DNA of 64,000 nt from Eledone cirrhosa. Its lineage: Eukaryota. Both the position numbers and the translations under genes were made by a program. The notes beneath the pieces were generated by a model. It did no database searches, had not been told where the DNA came from, and was given only the letters and a program-made list of their open reading frames with translations. This document shows, in pieces, positions 37,401 through 52,400 of this stretch. The DNA lies in assembly GCA_964016885.1 (NCBI GenBank), contig OZ024743.1:337652001-337716000 (forward strand), written 5' to 3'. Within the stretch, counting starts at the first letter, position 1, and each line of letters starts with the position of its first letter.

Positions 37401-40400
37401 TGAAACAGTAATATACTCTGGCTGGTTATTCTGTCTATTAAGTAGTTGAGGAGGTAGATGAAACAGTAATATACTCTGGCTGGTTATTCTGTCTATTTAG
37501 TAGTTGAGGAGCTAGATGTAACAGTAATATACTCTGCCTGGTTATTCTGTCTATTAAGTAGTTGAGGAGGTAGATGTAACAGTAATATACTCTGGCTGGT
37601 TATTCTATCTATTAAGTAGTTGAGGAGGTAGATGAAACAGTAATATACTCTGGCTGGTTATTCTGTCTATTAAGTAGTTGAGGAGGTAGATGAAACAGTA
37701 ATATACTTTGCCTGGTTATTCTGTCCATGAAGTCGTTGAGGAGGTAGATGAAACAGTAATATACTCTGGCTGGTTATTCTGTCTATTAAGTAGTTGAGGA
37801 GGTAGATGTAACAGTAATATACTCTGCCTGGTTATTCTGTCTATTAAATAGTTGAGGAGGTAGATGTAACAGTAATATACTCTGGCTGGTTATTCTGTCT
37901 ATTAAGTAGTTGAGGAGGTAGATGTAACAGTAATATACTCTGCCTGGTTATTCTGTCTATTAAGTAGTTGAGGAGGTAGATGAAACAGTAATATACTCTG
38001 GCTGGTTATTCTGTCTATTAAGTAGTTGAGGAGGTAGATGTAACAGTAATATACTCTGCCTGGTTATTCTGTCTATTAAGTAAATGAGGAGGTAGATGAA
38101 ACAGTAATATACTCTGGCTGGTTATTCTGTCCATGAAGTAGTTGAGGAGGTAGATGTAACAGTAATATACTCTGGCTGGTTATTCTGTCTATTAAGTAGT
38201 TGAGGAGGTAGATGTAACAGTAATATACTCTGCCTGGTTATTCTGTCTATTAAGTAGTTGAGGAGATAGATGAAACAGTAATATACTCTGGCTGGTTATT
38301 CTGTCCATGAAGTAGTTGAGCAGTTAGATGAAACAATAATATACTCTGGCTGGTTATTCTGTCCATGAAGTAGTTGAGGAGGTAGATGAAACAGTAATAT
38401 ACTCTGGCTGGTTATTCTGTCCATGAAGTAGTTGAGGAGGTAGATGAAACAGTAATATACTCTGGCTGGTTATTCTGTCTATTAAGTAGTTGAGGAGGTA
38501 GATGTAACAGTAATATACTCTGGCTGGTTATTCTGTCTATTAAGTAGTTGAGGAGGTAGATGAAACAGTAATATACTCTGGCTGGTTATTCTGTCCATGA
38601 AGTAGTTGAGGAGGTAGATGAAACAGTAATATACTCTGGCTGGTTATTCTGTCTATTAAGTAGTTGAGGAGGTAGATGTAACAGTAATATACTCTGGCTG
38701 GTTATTCTGTCTATTAAGTAGTTGAGGAGGTAGATGAAACAGTAATATACTCTGGCTGGTTATTCTGTCCATGAAGTAGTTGAGGAGGTAGATGAAACAG
38801 TAATATAATCTGGCTGATTATTCTGTCTATTAAGTAGTTGAGGAGGTAGATGTAACAGTAATATACTCTGGAAGGTTATTCTGTCTATTAAGTAGTTGAA
38901 GAGGTAGATGTAACAGTAATATACTCTGCCTAGTTATTCTGTCTAATAAGTAGTTGAGGGGTAGATGAAACAGTAATATACTCTGCCTGGTTATTCTGTC
39001 TATTAAGTAGTTGAGGAGGTAGAGGAAACAGTAATATACTCTGCCTGGTTATTCTGTCCATGAAGTAGTTGAGGAGGTAGATGAAACAGTAATATACTCT
39101 GGCTGGTTATTCTGTCTATTAAGTAGTTGAGGAGGTAGATGTAACAGTAATATACTCTGGCTGGTTATTCTGTCTATTAAGTAGTTGAGGAGGTAGATGA
39201 AACAGTAATATACTCTGGCTGGTTATTCTGTCCATGAAGTAGTTGAGGAGGTAGATGAAACAGTAATATACTCTGGCTGGTTATTCTGTCTATTAAGTAA
39301 TTGAGGAGGTAGATGTAACAGTAATATACTCTGGCTGGTTATTCTGTCTATTAAGTAGTTGAGGAGGTAGATGAAACAGTAATATACTCTGGCTGGTTAT
39401 TCTGTCCATGAAGTAGTTGAGGAGGTAGATGAAACAGTAATATACTCTGGAAGGTTATTCTGTCTATTAAGTAGTTGAGGAGGTAGATGTAACAGTAATA
39501 TACTCTGCCTAGTTATTCTGTCTAATAAGTAGTTGAGGAGTAGATGAAACAGTAATATACTCTGCCTGGTTATTCTGTCTATTAAGTAGTTGAGGAGGTA
39601 GAGGAAACAGTAATATACTCTGCCTGGTTATTCTGTCTATTAAGTAGTTGAGGAGGTAGATGAAACAGTAATATACTCTGCCTGGTTATTCTGTCTATTA
39701 AGTAGTTGAGGAGGTAGATGTAACAGTAATATACTCTGGCTGGTTATTCTGTCCATGAAGTAGTTGAGGAGGTAGATGAAACAGTAATATACTCTGGCTG
39801 GTTATTCTGTCTATTAAGTAGTTGAGGAGGTAGATGAAACAGAAATATACACTGCCTGGTTATTCTGTCTATTAAGTAGTTGAGGAGGTAGATGAAACAG
39901 TAATATACTCTGCCTGGTTATTCTGTCTATTAAGTAGTTGAGGAGGTAGATGAAACAGTAATATACTCTGCCTGGTTATTCTGTCTATTAAGTAGTTGAG
40001 GAGGTAGATGAAACAATAATATACTCTGCCTGGTTATTCTGTCTATTAAGTAGTTGAGGAGGTAGATGAAACAGTAATATACTCTGCCTGGTTATTCTGT
40101 CTATTAAGTAGTTGAGGAGGTAGATGAAACAGTAATATACTCTGGCTGGTTATTCTCTCTATTAAGTAGTTGAGGAGGTAGATGAAACAGTAATATACTC
40201 TGCCTGGTTATTCTGTCCATGAAGTACTTGAGGAGGTAGATGAAACAGTAATATACTCTGCCTGGTTATTCTCTCTATTAAGTAGTTGAGGAGGTAGATG
40301 AAACAGTAATATACTCTGCCTGGTTATTCTGTCCATGAAGTAGTTGAGGAGGTAGATGAAACAGTAATATACTCTGGCTGGTTATTCTGTCTATTAAGTA

Positions 40401-43400
40401 GTTGGGGAGGTAGATGAAACAGTAATATAATCTGGCTGGTTATTCTGTCCATGAAGTAGTTGAGGAGGTAGATGTAACAGTAATATACTCTGGCTGGTTA
40501 TTCTGTCTATTAAGTAGTTGAGGAGGTAGATGAAACAGAAATATACTCTGCCTGGTTATTCTGTCTATTAAGTAGTTGAGGAGGTAGATGAAACAGTAAT
40601 ATACTCTGCCTGGTTATTCTGTCTATTAAGTAGTTGAGGAGGTAGATGAAACAGTAATATACTCTGCCTGGTTATTCTGTCTATTAAGTAGTTGAGGAGG
40701 TAGATGAAACAGTAATATACTCTGCCTGGTTATTCTGTCTATTAAGTAGATGAGGAGGTAGATGAAACAGTAATATACTCTGCCTGGTTATTCTGTCTAT
40801 TAAGTAGTTGAGGAGGTAGATGAAACAGTAATATACTCTGGCTGGTTATTCTCTCTATTAAGTAGTTGAGGAGGTAGATGAAACAGTAATATACTCTGCC
40901 TGGTTATTCTGTCCATGAAGTACTTGAGGAGGTAGATGAAACAGTAATATACTCTGCCTGGTTATTCTCTCTATTAAGTAGTTGAGGAGGTAGATGAAAC
41001 AGTAATATACTCTGCCTGGTTATTCTGTCCATGAAGAAGTTGAGGAGGTAGATGAAACAGTAATATACACTGCCTGGTTATTCTGTCTAATAAGTAGTTG
41101 AGGAGGTAGATGAAACAGTAATATACTCTGGCTGGTTATTCTGTCCATGAAGTAGTTGAGGAGGTAGATGAAACAGTAATATACTCTGGCTGGTTATTCT
41201 GTCTATTAAGTAGTTGGGAAGGTAGATGAAACAGTAATATAATCTGGCTGGTTATTCTGTCCATGAAGTAGTTGAGGAGGTAGATGTAACAGTAATATAC
41301 TCTGGCTGGTTTTTCTGTCTATTAAGTAGTTGAGGAGCTAGATGTAACAGTAATATACTCTGCCTGGTTATTCTGTCTATTAAGTAGTTGAGGAGGTAGA
41401 TGTAACATTAATATACTCTGGCTGGTTATTCTGTCTATTAAGTAGTTGAGGAGGTAGATGTAACAGTAATATACTCTGGCTGGTTATTCTGTCTATTAAG
41501 TAGTTGAGGAGGTAGATGAAACAGTAATATACTCTGACTGGTTATTCTGTCCATGAAGTAGTTGAGGAGGTAGATGAAACAGTAATATAATCTGGCTGGT
41601 TATTCTGTCTATTAAGTAGTTGAGGAGGTAGATGTAACAGTAATATACTCTGGCTGGTTATTCTGTCTATTAAGTAGTTGAGGAGGTAGATGTAACAGTA
41701 ATATACTCTGGCTGGTCATTCTGTCTATTAAGTAGTTGAGGAGGTAGATGTAACAGTAATATACTCTGGCTGGTTATTCTGTCTATTAAGTAGTTGAGGA
41801 GGTAGATGTAACAGTAATATACTCTGGCTGGTTATTCTGTCTATTAAGTAGTTGAGGAGGTAGATGAAACAGTAATATACTCTGGCTGGTTATTCTGTCT
41901 ATTAAGTAGTTGAGGAGGTAGATGAAACAGTAATATACTCTGGCTGGTTATTCTGTCTATTAAGTAGTTGAGGAACTAGATGTAACAGTAATATACTCTG
42001 GCTGGTTATTGTGTCTATTAAGTAGTTGAGGAGGTAGATGAAACAGTAATATACTCTGGCTGGTTATTCTGTCTATTAAGTAGTTGAGGAGGTAGATGAA
42101 ACAGTAATATACTCTGGCTGGTTATTCTGTCTATTAAGTAGTTGAGGAGCTAGATGTAACAGTTATATACTCTGGCTGGTTATTCTGTCTATTAAGTAGT
42201 TGAGGAGGTAGATGAAACAGTAATATACTCTGGCTGGTTATTCTGTCCATGAAGTAGTTGAGCAGGTAGATGAAACAATAATATACTCTGGCTGGTTATT
42301 CTGTCCATGAAGTAGTTGAGGAGGTAGATGAAACAGTAATATACTCTGGCTGGTTATTCTGTCCATGAAGTAGTTGAGGAGGTAGATGAAACAGTAATAT
42401 ACTCTGGCTGGTTATTCTGTCCATGAAGTAGTTGAGCAGGTAGATGAAACAATAATATACTCTGGCTGGTTATTCTGTCCATGAAGTAGTTGAGGAGGTA
42501 GATGAAACAGTAATATACTCTGGCTGGTTATTCTGTCCATGAAGTAGTTGAGGAGGTAGATGAAACAGTAATATACTCTGGCTGGTTATTCTGTCTATTA
42601 AGTAGTTGAGGAGGTAGATGTAACAATAATATACTCTGGCTGGTTATTCTGTCTATTAAGTAGTTGAGGAGGTAGATGAAACAGTAATATACTCTGGCTG
42701 GTTATTCTGTCCATGAAGTAGTTGAGGAGGTAGATGAAACAGTAATATACTCTGGCTGGTTATTCTGTCTATTAAGTAGTTGAGGAGGTAGATGTAACAG
42801 TAATATACTCTGGCTGGTTATTCTGTCTATTAAGTAGTTGAGGAGGTAGATGAAACAGTAATATACTCTGGCTGGTTATTCTGTCTATTAAGTAGTTGAG
42901 GAGGTAGATGTAACAGTAATATACTCTGGCTGGTTATTCTGTCTATTAAGTAGTTGAGGAGGTAGATGTAACAGTAATATACTCTGGCTGGTTATTCTGT
43001 CTATTAAGTAGTTGAGGAGGTAGATGTAACAGTAATATACTCTGGCTGGTTATTCTGTCTATTAAGTAGTTGAGGAGGTAGATGTAACAGTAATATACTC
43101 TGGCTGGTTATTCTGTCTATTAAGTAGTTGAGGAGGTAGATGAAACAGTAATATACTCTGGCTGGTTATTCTGTCCATGAAGTAGTTGAGGAGGTAGATG
43201 AAACAGTAATATACTCTGCCTGGTTATTCTGTCTATTAAGTAGTTGAGGAGGTAGATGAAACAGTAATATACTCTGCCTGGTTATTCTGTCTATTAAGTA
43301 GTTGAGGAGGTAGATGTAACAGTAATATACTCTGGCTGGTTATTCTGTCCATTAAGTAGTTGAGGAGGTAGATGAAACAGTAATATACTCTGCCTGGTTA

Positions 43401-46400
43401 TTCTGTCTATTAAGTAGTTTAGGAGGTAGATGAAACAGTAATATACTCTGCCTGGTTATTCTGTCCATGAAGTAGTTCTGGAGGTAGATGAAACAGTAAT
43501 ATAATCTGGCTGGTTATTCTGTGTATTAAGTAGTTGAGGAGGTAGATGTAACAGTAATATACTCTGGCTGGTTATTCTGTCTATTAAGTAGTTGAGGAGG
43601 TAGATGTAACAGTAATATACTCTGCCTGGTTATTCTGTCTATTAAGTAGTTGAGGAGGTAGATGAAACAGTAATATACTCTGGCTGGTTATTCTGTCCAT
43701 GAAGTAGTTGAGGAGGTAGATGAAACAATAATATACTCTGGCTGGTTATTCTGTCCATGAAGTAGTTGAGGAGGTAGATGAAACAATAATATACTCTGGC
43801 TGGTTATTCTGTCCATGAAGTAGTTGAGGAGGTAGATGAAACAGTAATATACTCTGGCTGGTTATTCTGTCCATGAAGTAGTTGAGGAGGTAGATGAAAC
43901 AGTAATATACTCTGGCTGGTTATTCTGTCTATTAAGTAGTTGAGGAGGTAGATGTAACAATAATATACTCTGGCTGGTTATTCTGTCTATTAAGTAGTTG
44001 AGGAGGTAGATGAAACAGTAATATACTCTGGCTGGTTATTCTGTCCATGAAGTAGTTGAGGAGGTAGATGAAACAGTAATATACTCTGGCTGGTTATTCT
44101 GTCTATTAAGTAGTTGAGGAGGTAGATGTAACAGTAATATACTCTGGCTGGTTATTCTGTCTATTAAGTAGTTGAGGAGGTAGATGAAACAGTAATATAC
44201 TCTGGCTGGTTATTCTATCTATTAAGTAGTTGAGGAGGTAGATGTAACAGTAATATACTCTGGCTGGTTATTCTGTCTATTAAGTAGTTGAGGAGGTAGA
44301 TGTAACAGTAATATACTCTGGCTGGTTATTCTGTCTATTAAGTAGTTGAGGAGGTAGATGTAACAGTAATATACTCTGGCTGGTTATTCTGTCTATTAAG
44401 TAGTTGAGGAGGTAGATGTAACAGTAATATACTCTGGCTGGTTATTCTGTCTATTAAGTAGTTGAGGAGGTAGATGAAACAGTAATATACTCTGGCTGGT
44501 TATTCTGTCCATGAAGTAGTTGAGGAGGTAGATGAAACAGTAATATACTCTGCCTGGTTATTCTGTCTATTAAGTAGTTGAGGAGGTAGATGAAACAGTA
44601 ATATACTCTGCCTGGTTATTCTGTCTATTAAGTAGTTGAGGAGGTAGATGTAACAGTAATATACTCTGGCTGGTTATTCTGTCCATTAAGTAGTTGAGGA
44701 GGTAGATGAAACAGTGATATACTCTGCCTGGTTATTCTGTCTATTAAGTAGTTTAGGAGGTAGATGAAACAGTAATATACTCTGCCTGGTTATTCTGTCC
44801 ATGAAGTAGTTCTGGAGGTAGATGAAACAGTAATATAATCTGGCTGGTTATTCTGTGTATTAAGTAGTTGAGGAGGTAGATGTAACAGTAATATACTCTG
44901 GCTGGTTATTCTGTCTATTAAGTAGTTGAGGAGGTAGATGTAACAGTAATATACTCTGCCTGGTTATTCTGTCTATTAAGTAGTTGAGGAGGTAGATGAA
45001 ACAGTAATATACTCTGGCTGGTTATTCTGTCCATGAAGTAGTTGAGGAGGTAGATGAAACAATAATATACTCTGGCTGGTTATTCTGTCCATGAAGTAGT
45101 TGAGGAGGTAGATGAAACAGTAATATACTCTGGCTGGTTATTCTGTCCATGAAGTAGTTGAGGAGGTAGATGAAACAGTAATATACTCTGGCTGGTTATT
45201 CTGTCTATTAAGCAGTTGAGGAGGTAGATGTAACAGTAATATACTCTGGCTGGTTATTCTGTCTATTAAGTAGTTGAGGAGGTAGATGAAACAGTAATAT
45301 ACTCTGGCTGGTTATTCTGTCCATGAAGTAGTTGAGGAGGTAGATGAAACAGTAATATAATCTGGCTGGTTATTCTGTCTATTAAGTAGTTGAGGAGGTA
45401 GATGAAACAGTAATATACTCTGGCTGGTTATTCTTTCTATTAAGTAGTTGAGGAGCTAGATGTAACAGTAATATACTCTGGCTGGTTATTCTGTCTATTA
45501 AGTAGTTGAGGAGGTAGATGAAACAGTAATATACTCTGGCTGGTTATTCTTTCTATTAAGTAGTTGAGGAGCTAGATGTAACAGTAATATACTCTGGCTG
45601 GTTATTCTGTCTATTAAGTAGTTGAGGAGGTAGATGAAACAGTAATATACTCTGGCTGGTTATTCTGTCTATTAAGTAGTTGAGGAGCTAGATGTAACAG
45701 TAATATACTCTGGCTGGTTATTCTGTCTATTAAGTAGTTGAGGAGGTAGATGTAACAATAATATATTCTGGCTGGTTATTCTGTCTATTAAGTAGTTGAG
45801 GAGGTAGATGTAACAGTAATATACTCTGCCTGGTTATTCTGTCTATTAAGTAGTTGAGGAGGTAGATGTAACAGTAATATACTCTGGCTGGTTATTCTGT
45901 CTATTAAGTAGTTGAGGAGGTAGATGTAACAGTAATATACTCTGGCTGGTTATTCTGTCCATGAAGTAGTTGAGGAGGTAGATGAAACAGTAATATACTC
46001 TGGCTGGTTATTCTGTCTATTAAGTAGTTGAGGAGGTAGATGTAACAGTAATATACTCTGGCTGGTTATTTTGTCTATTAAGTAGTTGAGGAGGTAGATG
46101 TAACAGTAATATACTCTGGCTGGTTATTCTGTCCATGAAGTAGTTGAGGAGGTAGATGAAACAGTAATATAATCTGGCTGGTTATTCTGTCTATTAAGTA
46201 GTTGAGGAGGTAGATGAAACAGTAATATACTCTGGCTGGTTATTCTGTCTATTAAGTAGTTGAGGTGCTAGATGTAACAGTAATATACTCTGGCTGGTTA
46301 TTCTGTCTATTAAGTAGTTGAGGAGGTAGATGAAACAGTAATATACTCTGACTGGTTATTCTGTCTATTAAGTAGTTGAGGAGGTAGATGAAACAGTAAT

Positions 46401-49400
46401 ATACTCTGGCTGGTTATTCTGTCTATTAAGTAGTTGAGGAGCTAGATGTAACAGTAATATACTCTGGCTGGTTATTCTGTCTATTAAGTAGTTGAGGAGG
46501 TAGATGTAACAATAATATATTCTGGCTGGTTATTCTGTCTATTAAGTAGTTGAGGAGGTAGATGTAACAGTAATATACTCTGCCTGGTTATTCTGTCTAT
46601 TAAGTAGTTGAGGAGGTAGATGTAACAGTAATATACTCTGGCTGGTTATTCTGTCTATTAAGTAGTTGAGGAGGTAGATGTAACAGTAATATACTCTGGC
46701 TGGTTATTCTGTCCATGAAGTAGTTGAGGAGGTAGATGAAACAGTAATATACTCTGGCTGGTTATTCTGTCTATTAAGTAGTTGAGGAGGTAGATGTAAC
46801 AGTAATATACTCTGGCTGGTTATTCTGTCTATTAAGTAGTTGAGGAGGTAGATGTAACAGTAATATACTCTGGCTGGTTATTCTGTCCATGAAGTAGTTG
46901 AGGAGGTACATGAAACAGTAATATACTCTGGCTGGTTATTCTGTCTATTAAGTAGTAGAGGAGGTAGATGTAACAGTAATATACTCTGGCTGGTTATTCT
47001 GTCTATTAAATAGTTGAGGAGGTAGATGTAACAGTAATATACTCTGGCTGGTTATTCTGTCCATTAAATAGTTGAGGAGGTAGATGTAACAGTAATATAC
47101 TCTGGCTGGTTATTCTGTCTATTAAGTAGTTGAGGAGGTAGATGTAACAGTAATATACTCTGGCTGGTTATTCTGTCTATTATGTAGTTGAGGAGGTAGA
47201 TGAAACAGTAATATACTCTGGCTGGTTATTCTGTCCATGAAGTAGTTGAGGAGGTAGATGAAACAGTAATATACTCTGCCTGGTTATTCTGTCTATTAAG
47301 TAGTTGAGGAGGTAGATGAAACAGTAATATACTCTGCCTGGTTATTCTGTATATTAAGTAGTTGAGGAAGTAGATGTAACAGTAATATACTCTGGCTGGT
47401 TATTCTGTCCATGAAGTAGTTGAGCAGGTAGATGAAACAATAATATACTCTGGCTGGTTATTCTGTCCATGAAGTAGTTGAGGAGGTAGATGAAACAGTA
47501 ATATACTCTGGCTGGTTATTCTGTCCATGAAGTAGTTGAGGAGGTAGATGAAACAGTAATATACTCTGGCTGGTTATTCTGTCTATTAAGTAGTTGAGGA
47601 GGTAGATGTAACAATAATATACTCTGGCTGGTTATTCTGTCTATTAAGTAGTTGAGGAGGTAGATGAAACAGTAATATACTCTGGCTGGTTATTCTGTCC
47701 ATGAAGTAGTTGAGGAGGTAGATGAAACAGTAATATACTCTGGCTGGTTATTCTGTCTATTAAGTAGTTGAGGAGGTAGATGTAACAGTAATATACTCTG
47801 GCTGGTTATTCTGTCTATTAAGTAGTTGAGGAGGTAGATGAAACAGTAATATACTCTGGCTGGTTATTCTGTCTATTAAGTAGTTGAGGAGGTAGATGTA
47901 ACAGTAATATACTCTGGCTGGTTATTCTGTCAATTAAGTAGTTGAGGAGGTAGATGTAACAGTAATATACTCTGGCTGGTTATTCTGTCTATTAAGTAGT
48001 TGAGGAGGTATATGTAACAGTAATATACTCTGGCTGGTTATTCTGTCTATTAAGTAGTTGAGGAGGTAGATGAAACAGTAATATACTCTGGCTGGTTATT
48101 CTGTCCATGAAGTAGTTGAGGAGGTAGATGAAACAGTAATATACTCTGCCTGGTTATTCTGTCTATTAAGTAGTTGAGGAGGTAGATGAAACAGTAATAT
48201 ACTCTGCCTGGTTATTCTGTCTATTAAGTAGTTGAGGAGGTAGATGTAACAGTAATATACTCTGGCTGGTTATTCTGTCCATTAAGTAGTTGAGGAGGTA
48301 GATGAAACAGTAATATACTCTGCCTGGTTATTCTGTCTATTAAGTAGTTTAGGAGGTAGATGAAACAGTAATATACTCTGCCTGGTTATTCTGTCCATGA
48401 AGTAGTTCTGGAGGTAGATGAAACAGTAATATAATCTGGCTGGTTATTCTGTGTATTAAGTAGTTGAGGAGGTAGATGTAACAGTAATATACTCTGGCTG
48501 GTTATTCTGTCTATTAAGTAGTTGAGGAGGTAGATGTAACAGTAATATACTCTGCCTGGTTATTCTGTCTATTAAGTAGTTGAGGAGGTAGATGAAACAG
48601 TAATATACTCTGGCTGGTTATTCTGTCCATGAAGTAGATGAGGAGGTAGATGAAACAATAATATACTCTGGCTGGTTATTCTGTCCATGAAGTAGTTGAG
48701 GAGGTAGATGAAACAGTAATATACTCTGGCTGGTTATTCTGTCCATGAAGTAGTTGAGGAGGTAGATGAAACAGTAATATACTCTGGCTGGTTATTCTGT
48801 CTATTAAGCAGTTGAGGAGGTAGATGTAACAGTAATATACTCTGGCTGGTTATTCTGTCTATTAAGTAGTTGAGGAGGTAGATGAAACAGTAATATACTC
48901 TGGCTGGTTATTCTGTCCATGAAGTAGTTGAGGAGGTAGATGAAACAGTAATATAATCTGGCTGGTTATTCTGTCTATTAAGTAGTTGAGGAGGTAGATG
49001 AAACAGTAATATACTCTGGCTGGTTATTCTGTCTATTAAGTAGTTGAGGAGCTAGATGTAACAGTAATATACTCTGGCTGGTTATTCTGTCTACTAAGTA
49101 GTTGAGGAGGTAGATGTAACAGTAATATACTCTGGCTGGTTATTCTGTCTATTAAATAGTTGAGGAGGTAGATGTAACAGTAATATACTCTGGCTGGTTA
49201 TTCTGTCTATTAAGTAGTTGAGGAGGTAGATGTAACAGTAATATACTCTGGCTGGTTATTCTGTCTATTAAGTAGTTGAGGAGGTAGATGTAACAGTAAT
49301 ATACTCTGGCTGGTTATTCTGTCTATTATGTAGTTGAGGAGGTAGATGAAACAGTAATATACTCTGGCTGGTTATTCTGTCCATGAAGTAGTTGAGGAGG

Positions 49401-52400
49401 TAGATGAAACAGTAATATACTCTGCCTGGTTATTCTGTCTATTAAGTAGTTGAGGAGGTAGATGAAACAGTAATATACTCTGCCTGGTTATTCTGTATAT
49501 TAAGTAGTTGAGGAAGTAGATGTAACAGTAATATACTCTGGCTGGTTATTCTGTCCATTAAGTAGTTGAGGAGGTAGATGAAACAGTAATATACTCTGCC
49601 TGGTTATTCTGTCTATTATGTAGTTGAGGAGGTAGATGAAACAGTAATATACTCTGGCTGGTTATTCTGTCCATGAAGTAGTTGAGGAGGTAGATATAAC
49701 AGTAATATACTCTGGCTGGTTATTCTGTCTATTAAGTAGTTGAGGAGGTAGATGTAATAGTAATATACTCTGACTGGTTATTCTGTCTATTAAGTAGTTG
49801 AGGAGGTAGATGAAACAGTAATATACTCTGGCTGGTTATTCTGTCTATTAAGTAGTTGAGGAGCTAGATGTAACAGTTATATACTCTGGCTGGTTATTCT
49901 GTCTATTAAGTAGTTGAGGAGGTAGATGAAACAGTAATATACTCTGGCTGGTTATTCTGTCTATTAAGTAGTTGAGGAGGTAGATGAAACAGTAATATAC
50001 TCTGGCTGGTTATTCTGTCTATTAAGTAGTTGAGGAGCTAGATGTAACAGTAATATACTCTGGCTGGTTATTCTGTCTATTAAGTAGTTGAGGAGGTAGA
50101 TGTAACAGTAATATACTCTGCCTGGTTATTCTGTCTATTAAGTAGTTGAGGAGGTAGATGTAACAGTAATATACACTGGCTGGTTATTCTGTCTATTATG
50201 TAGTTGAGGAGGTAGATGAAACAGTAATATACTCTGGCTGGTTATTCTGTCTATTAAGTAGTTGAGGAGGTAGATGTAACAGTAATATACTCTGGCTGGT
50301 TATTCTGTCTATTAAGTAGTTGAGGAGGTAGATGAAACAGTAATATACTCTGGCTGGTTATTCTGTCTATTAAGTAGTTGAGGAGGTAGATGTAACAGTA
50401 ATATACTCTTCCTGGTTATTCTGTCTATTAAGTAGACGAGGAGGTAGATGAAACAGTAATATACTCTGGCTGGTTATTCTGTCCATGAAGTAGTTGAGGA
50501 GGTAGATGTAACAGTAATATACTCTGGCTGGTTATTCTGTCTATTAAGTAGTTGAGGAGGTAGATGTAACTGTAATATACTCTGCCTGGTTATTCTGTCT
50601 ATTAAGTAGTTGAGGAGGTAGATGAAACAGTAATATACTCTGGCTGGTTATTCTGTCCATGAAGTAGTTGAGCAGGTAGATGAAACAATAATATACTCTG
50701 GCTGGTTATTCTGTCCATGAAGTAGTTGAGGAGGTAGATGAAACAGTAATATACTCTGGCTGGTTATTCTGTCCATGAAGTAGTTGAGGAGGTAGATGAA
50801 ACAGTAATATACTCTGGCTGGATATTCTGTCTATCAAGTAGTTGAGGAGGTAGATGTAACAATAATATACTCTGGCTGGTTATTCTGTCTATTAAGTAGT
50901 TGAGGAGGTAGATGAAACAGTAATATACTCTGGCTGGTTATTCTGTCCATGAAGTAGTTGAGGAGGTAGATGAAACAGTAATATACTCTGGCTGGTTATT
51001 CTGTCTATTAAGTAGTTGAGGAGGTAGATGTAACAGTAATATACTCTGGCTGGTTATTCTGTCTATTAAGTAGTTGAGGAGGTAGATGAAACAGTAATAT
51101 ACTCTGGCTGGTTATTCTGTCCATGAAGTAGTTGAGGAGGTAGATGAAACAGTAATATAATCTGGCTGGTTATTCTGTCTATTAAGTAGTTGAGGAGGTA
51201 GATGTAACAGTAATATACTCTGGCTGGTTATTCTGTCTATTAAGTAGTTGAGGAGGTAGATGTAACAGTAATATACTCTGGCTGCTTATTCTGTCTATTA
51301 AGTAGTTGAGGAGGTAGATGTAACAGTAATATACTCTGGCTGGTTATTCTGTCCATTAAGTAGTTGAGGAGGTAGATGAAACAGTAATATACTCTGCCTG
51401 GTTATTCTGTCTATTAAGTAGTTGAGGAGGTAGATGAAACAGTAATATACTCTGGCTGGTTATTCTGTCTATTAAGTAGTTGAGGAGGTAGATGTAACAG
51501 TAATATACTCTGGCTGGTTATTCTGTCCATTAAGTAGTTGAGGAGGTAGATGAAACAGTAATATACTCTGCCTGGTTATTCTGTCTATTAAGTAGTTGAG
51601 GAGGTAGATGTAACAGTAATATACTCTGGCTGGTTATTCTGTCTATTAAGTAGTTGAGGAGGTAGATGTAACAGTAATATACTCTGGCTGGTTATTCTGT
51701 CCATGAAGTAGTTGAGGAGGTAGATGAAACAGTAATATACTCTGGCTGGTTATTCTGTCCATGATGTAGTTGAGGAGGTAGATGAAACAGTAATATACTC
51801 TGGCTGGTTATTCTGTCTATGAAGTAGTTGAGGAGGTAGATGAAACAGTAATATACTCTGGCTGGTTATTCTGTCCATGAAGTAGTTGAGGAGGTAGATA
51901 TAACAGTAATATACTCTGGCTGGTTATTCTGTCTATTAGGTAGTTGAGGAGGTAGATGTAACAGTAATATACTCTGACTGGTTATTCTGTCTATTAAGTA
52001 GTTGAGGAGGTAGATGAAACAGTAATATACTCTGGCTGGTTATTCTGTCTATTAAGTAGTTGAGGAGCTAGATGTAACAGTTATATACTCTGGCTGGTTA
52101 TTCTGTCTATTAAGTAGTTGAGGAGGTAGATGAAACAGTAATATACTCTGGCTGGTTATTCTGTCTATTAAGTAGTTGAGGAGGTAGATGAAACAGTAAT
52201 ATACTCTGGCTGGTTATTCTGTCTATTAAGTAGTTGAGGAGCTAGATGTAACAGTAATATACTCTGGCTGGTTATTCTGTCTATTAAGTAGTTGAGGAGG
52301 TAGATGTAACAGTAATATACTCTGCCTGGTTATTCTGTCTATTAAGTAGTTGAGGAGGTAGATGTAACAGTAATATACACTGGCTGGTTATTCTGTCTAT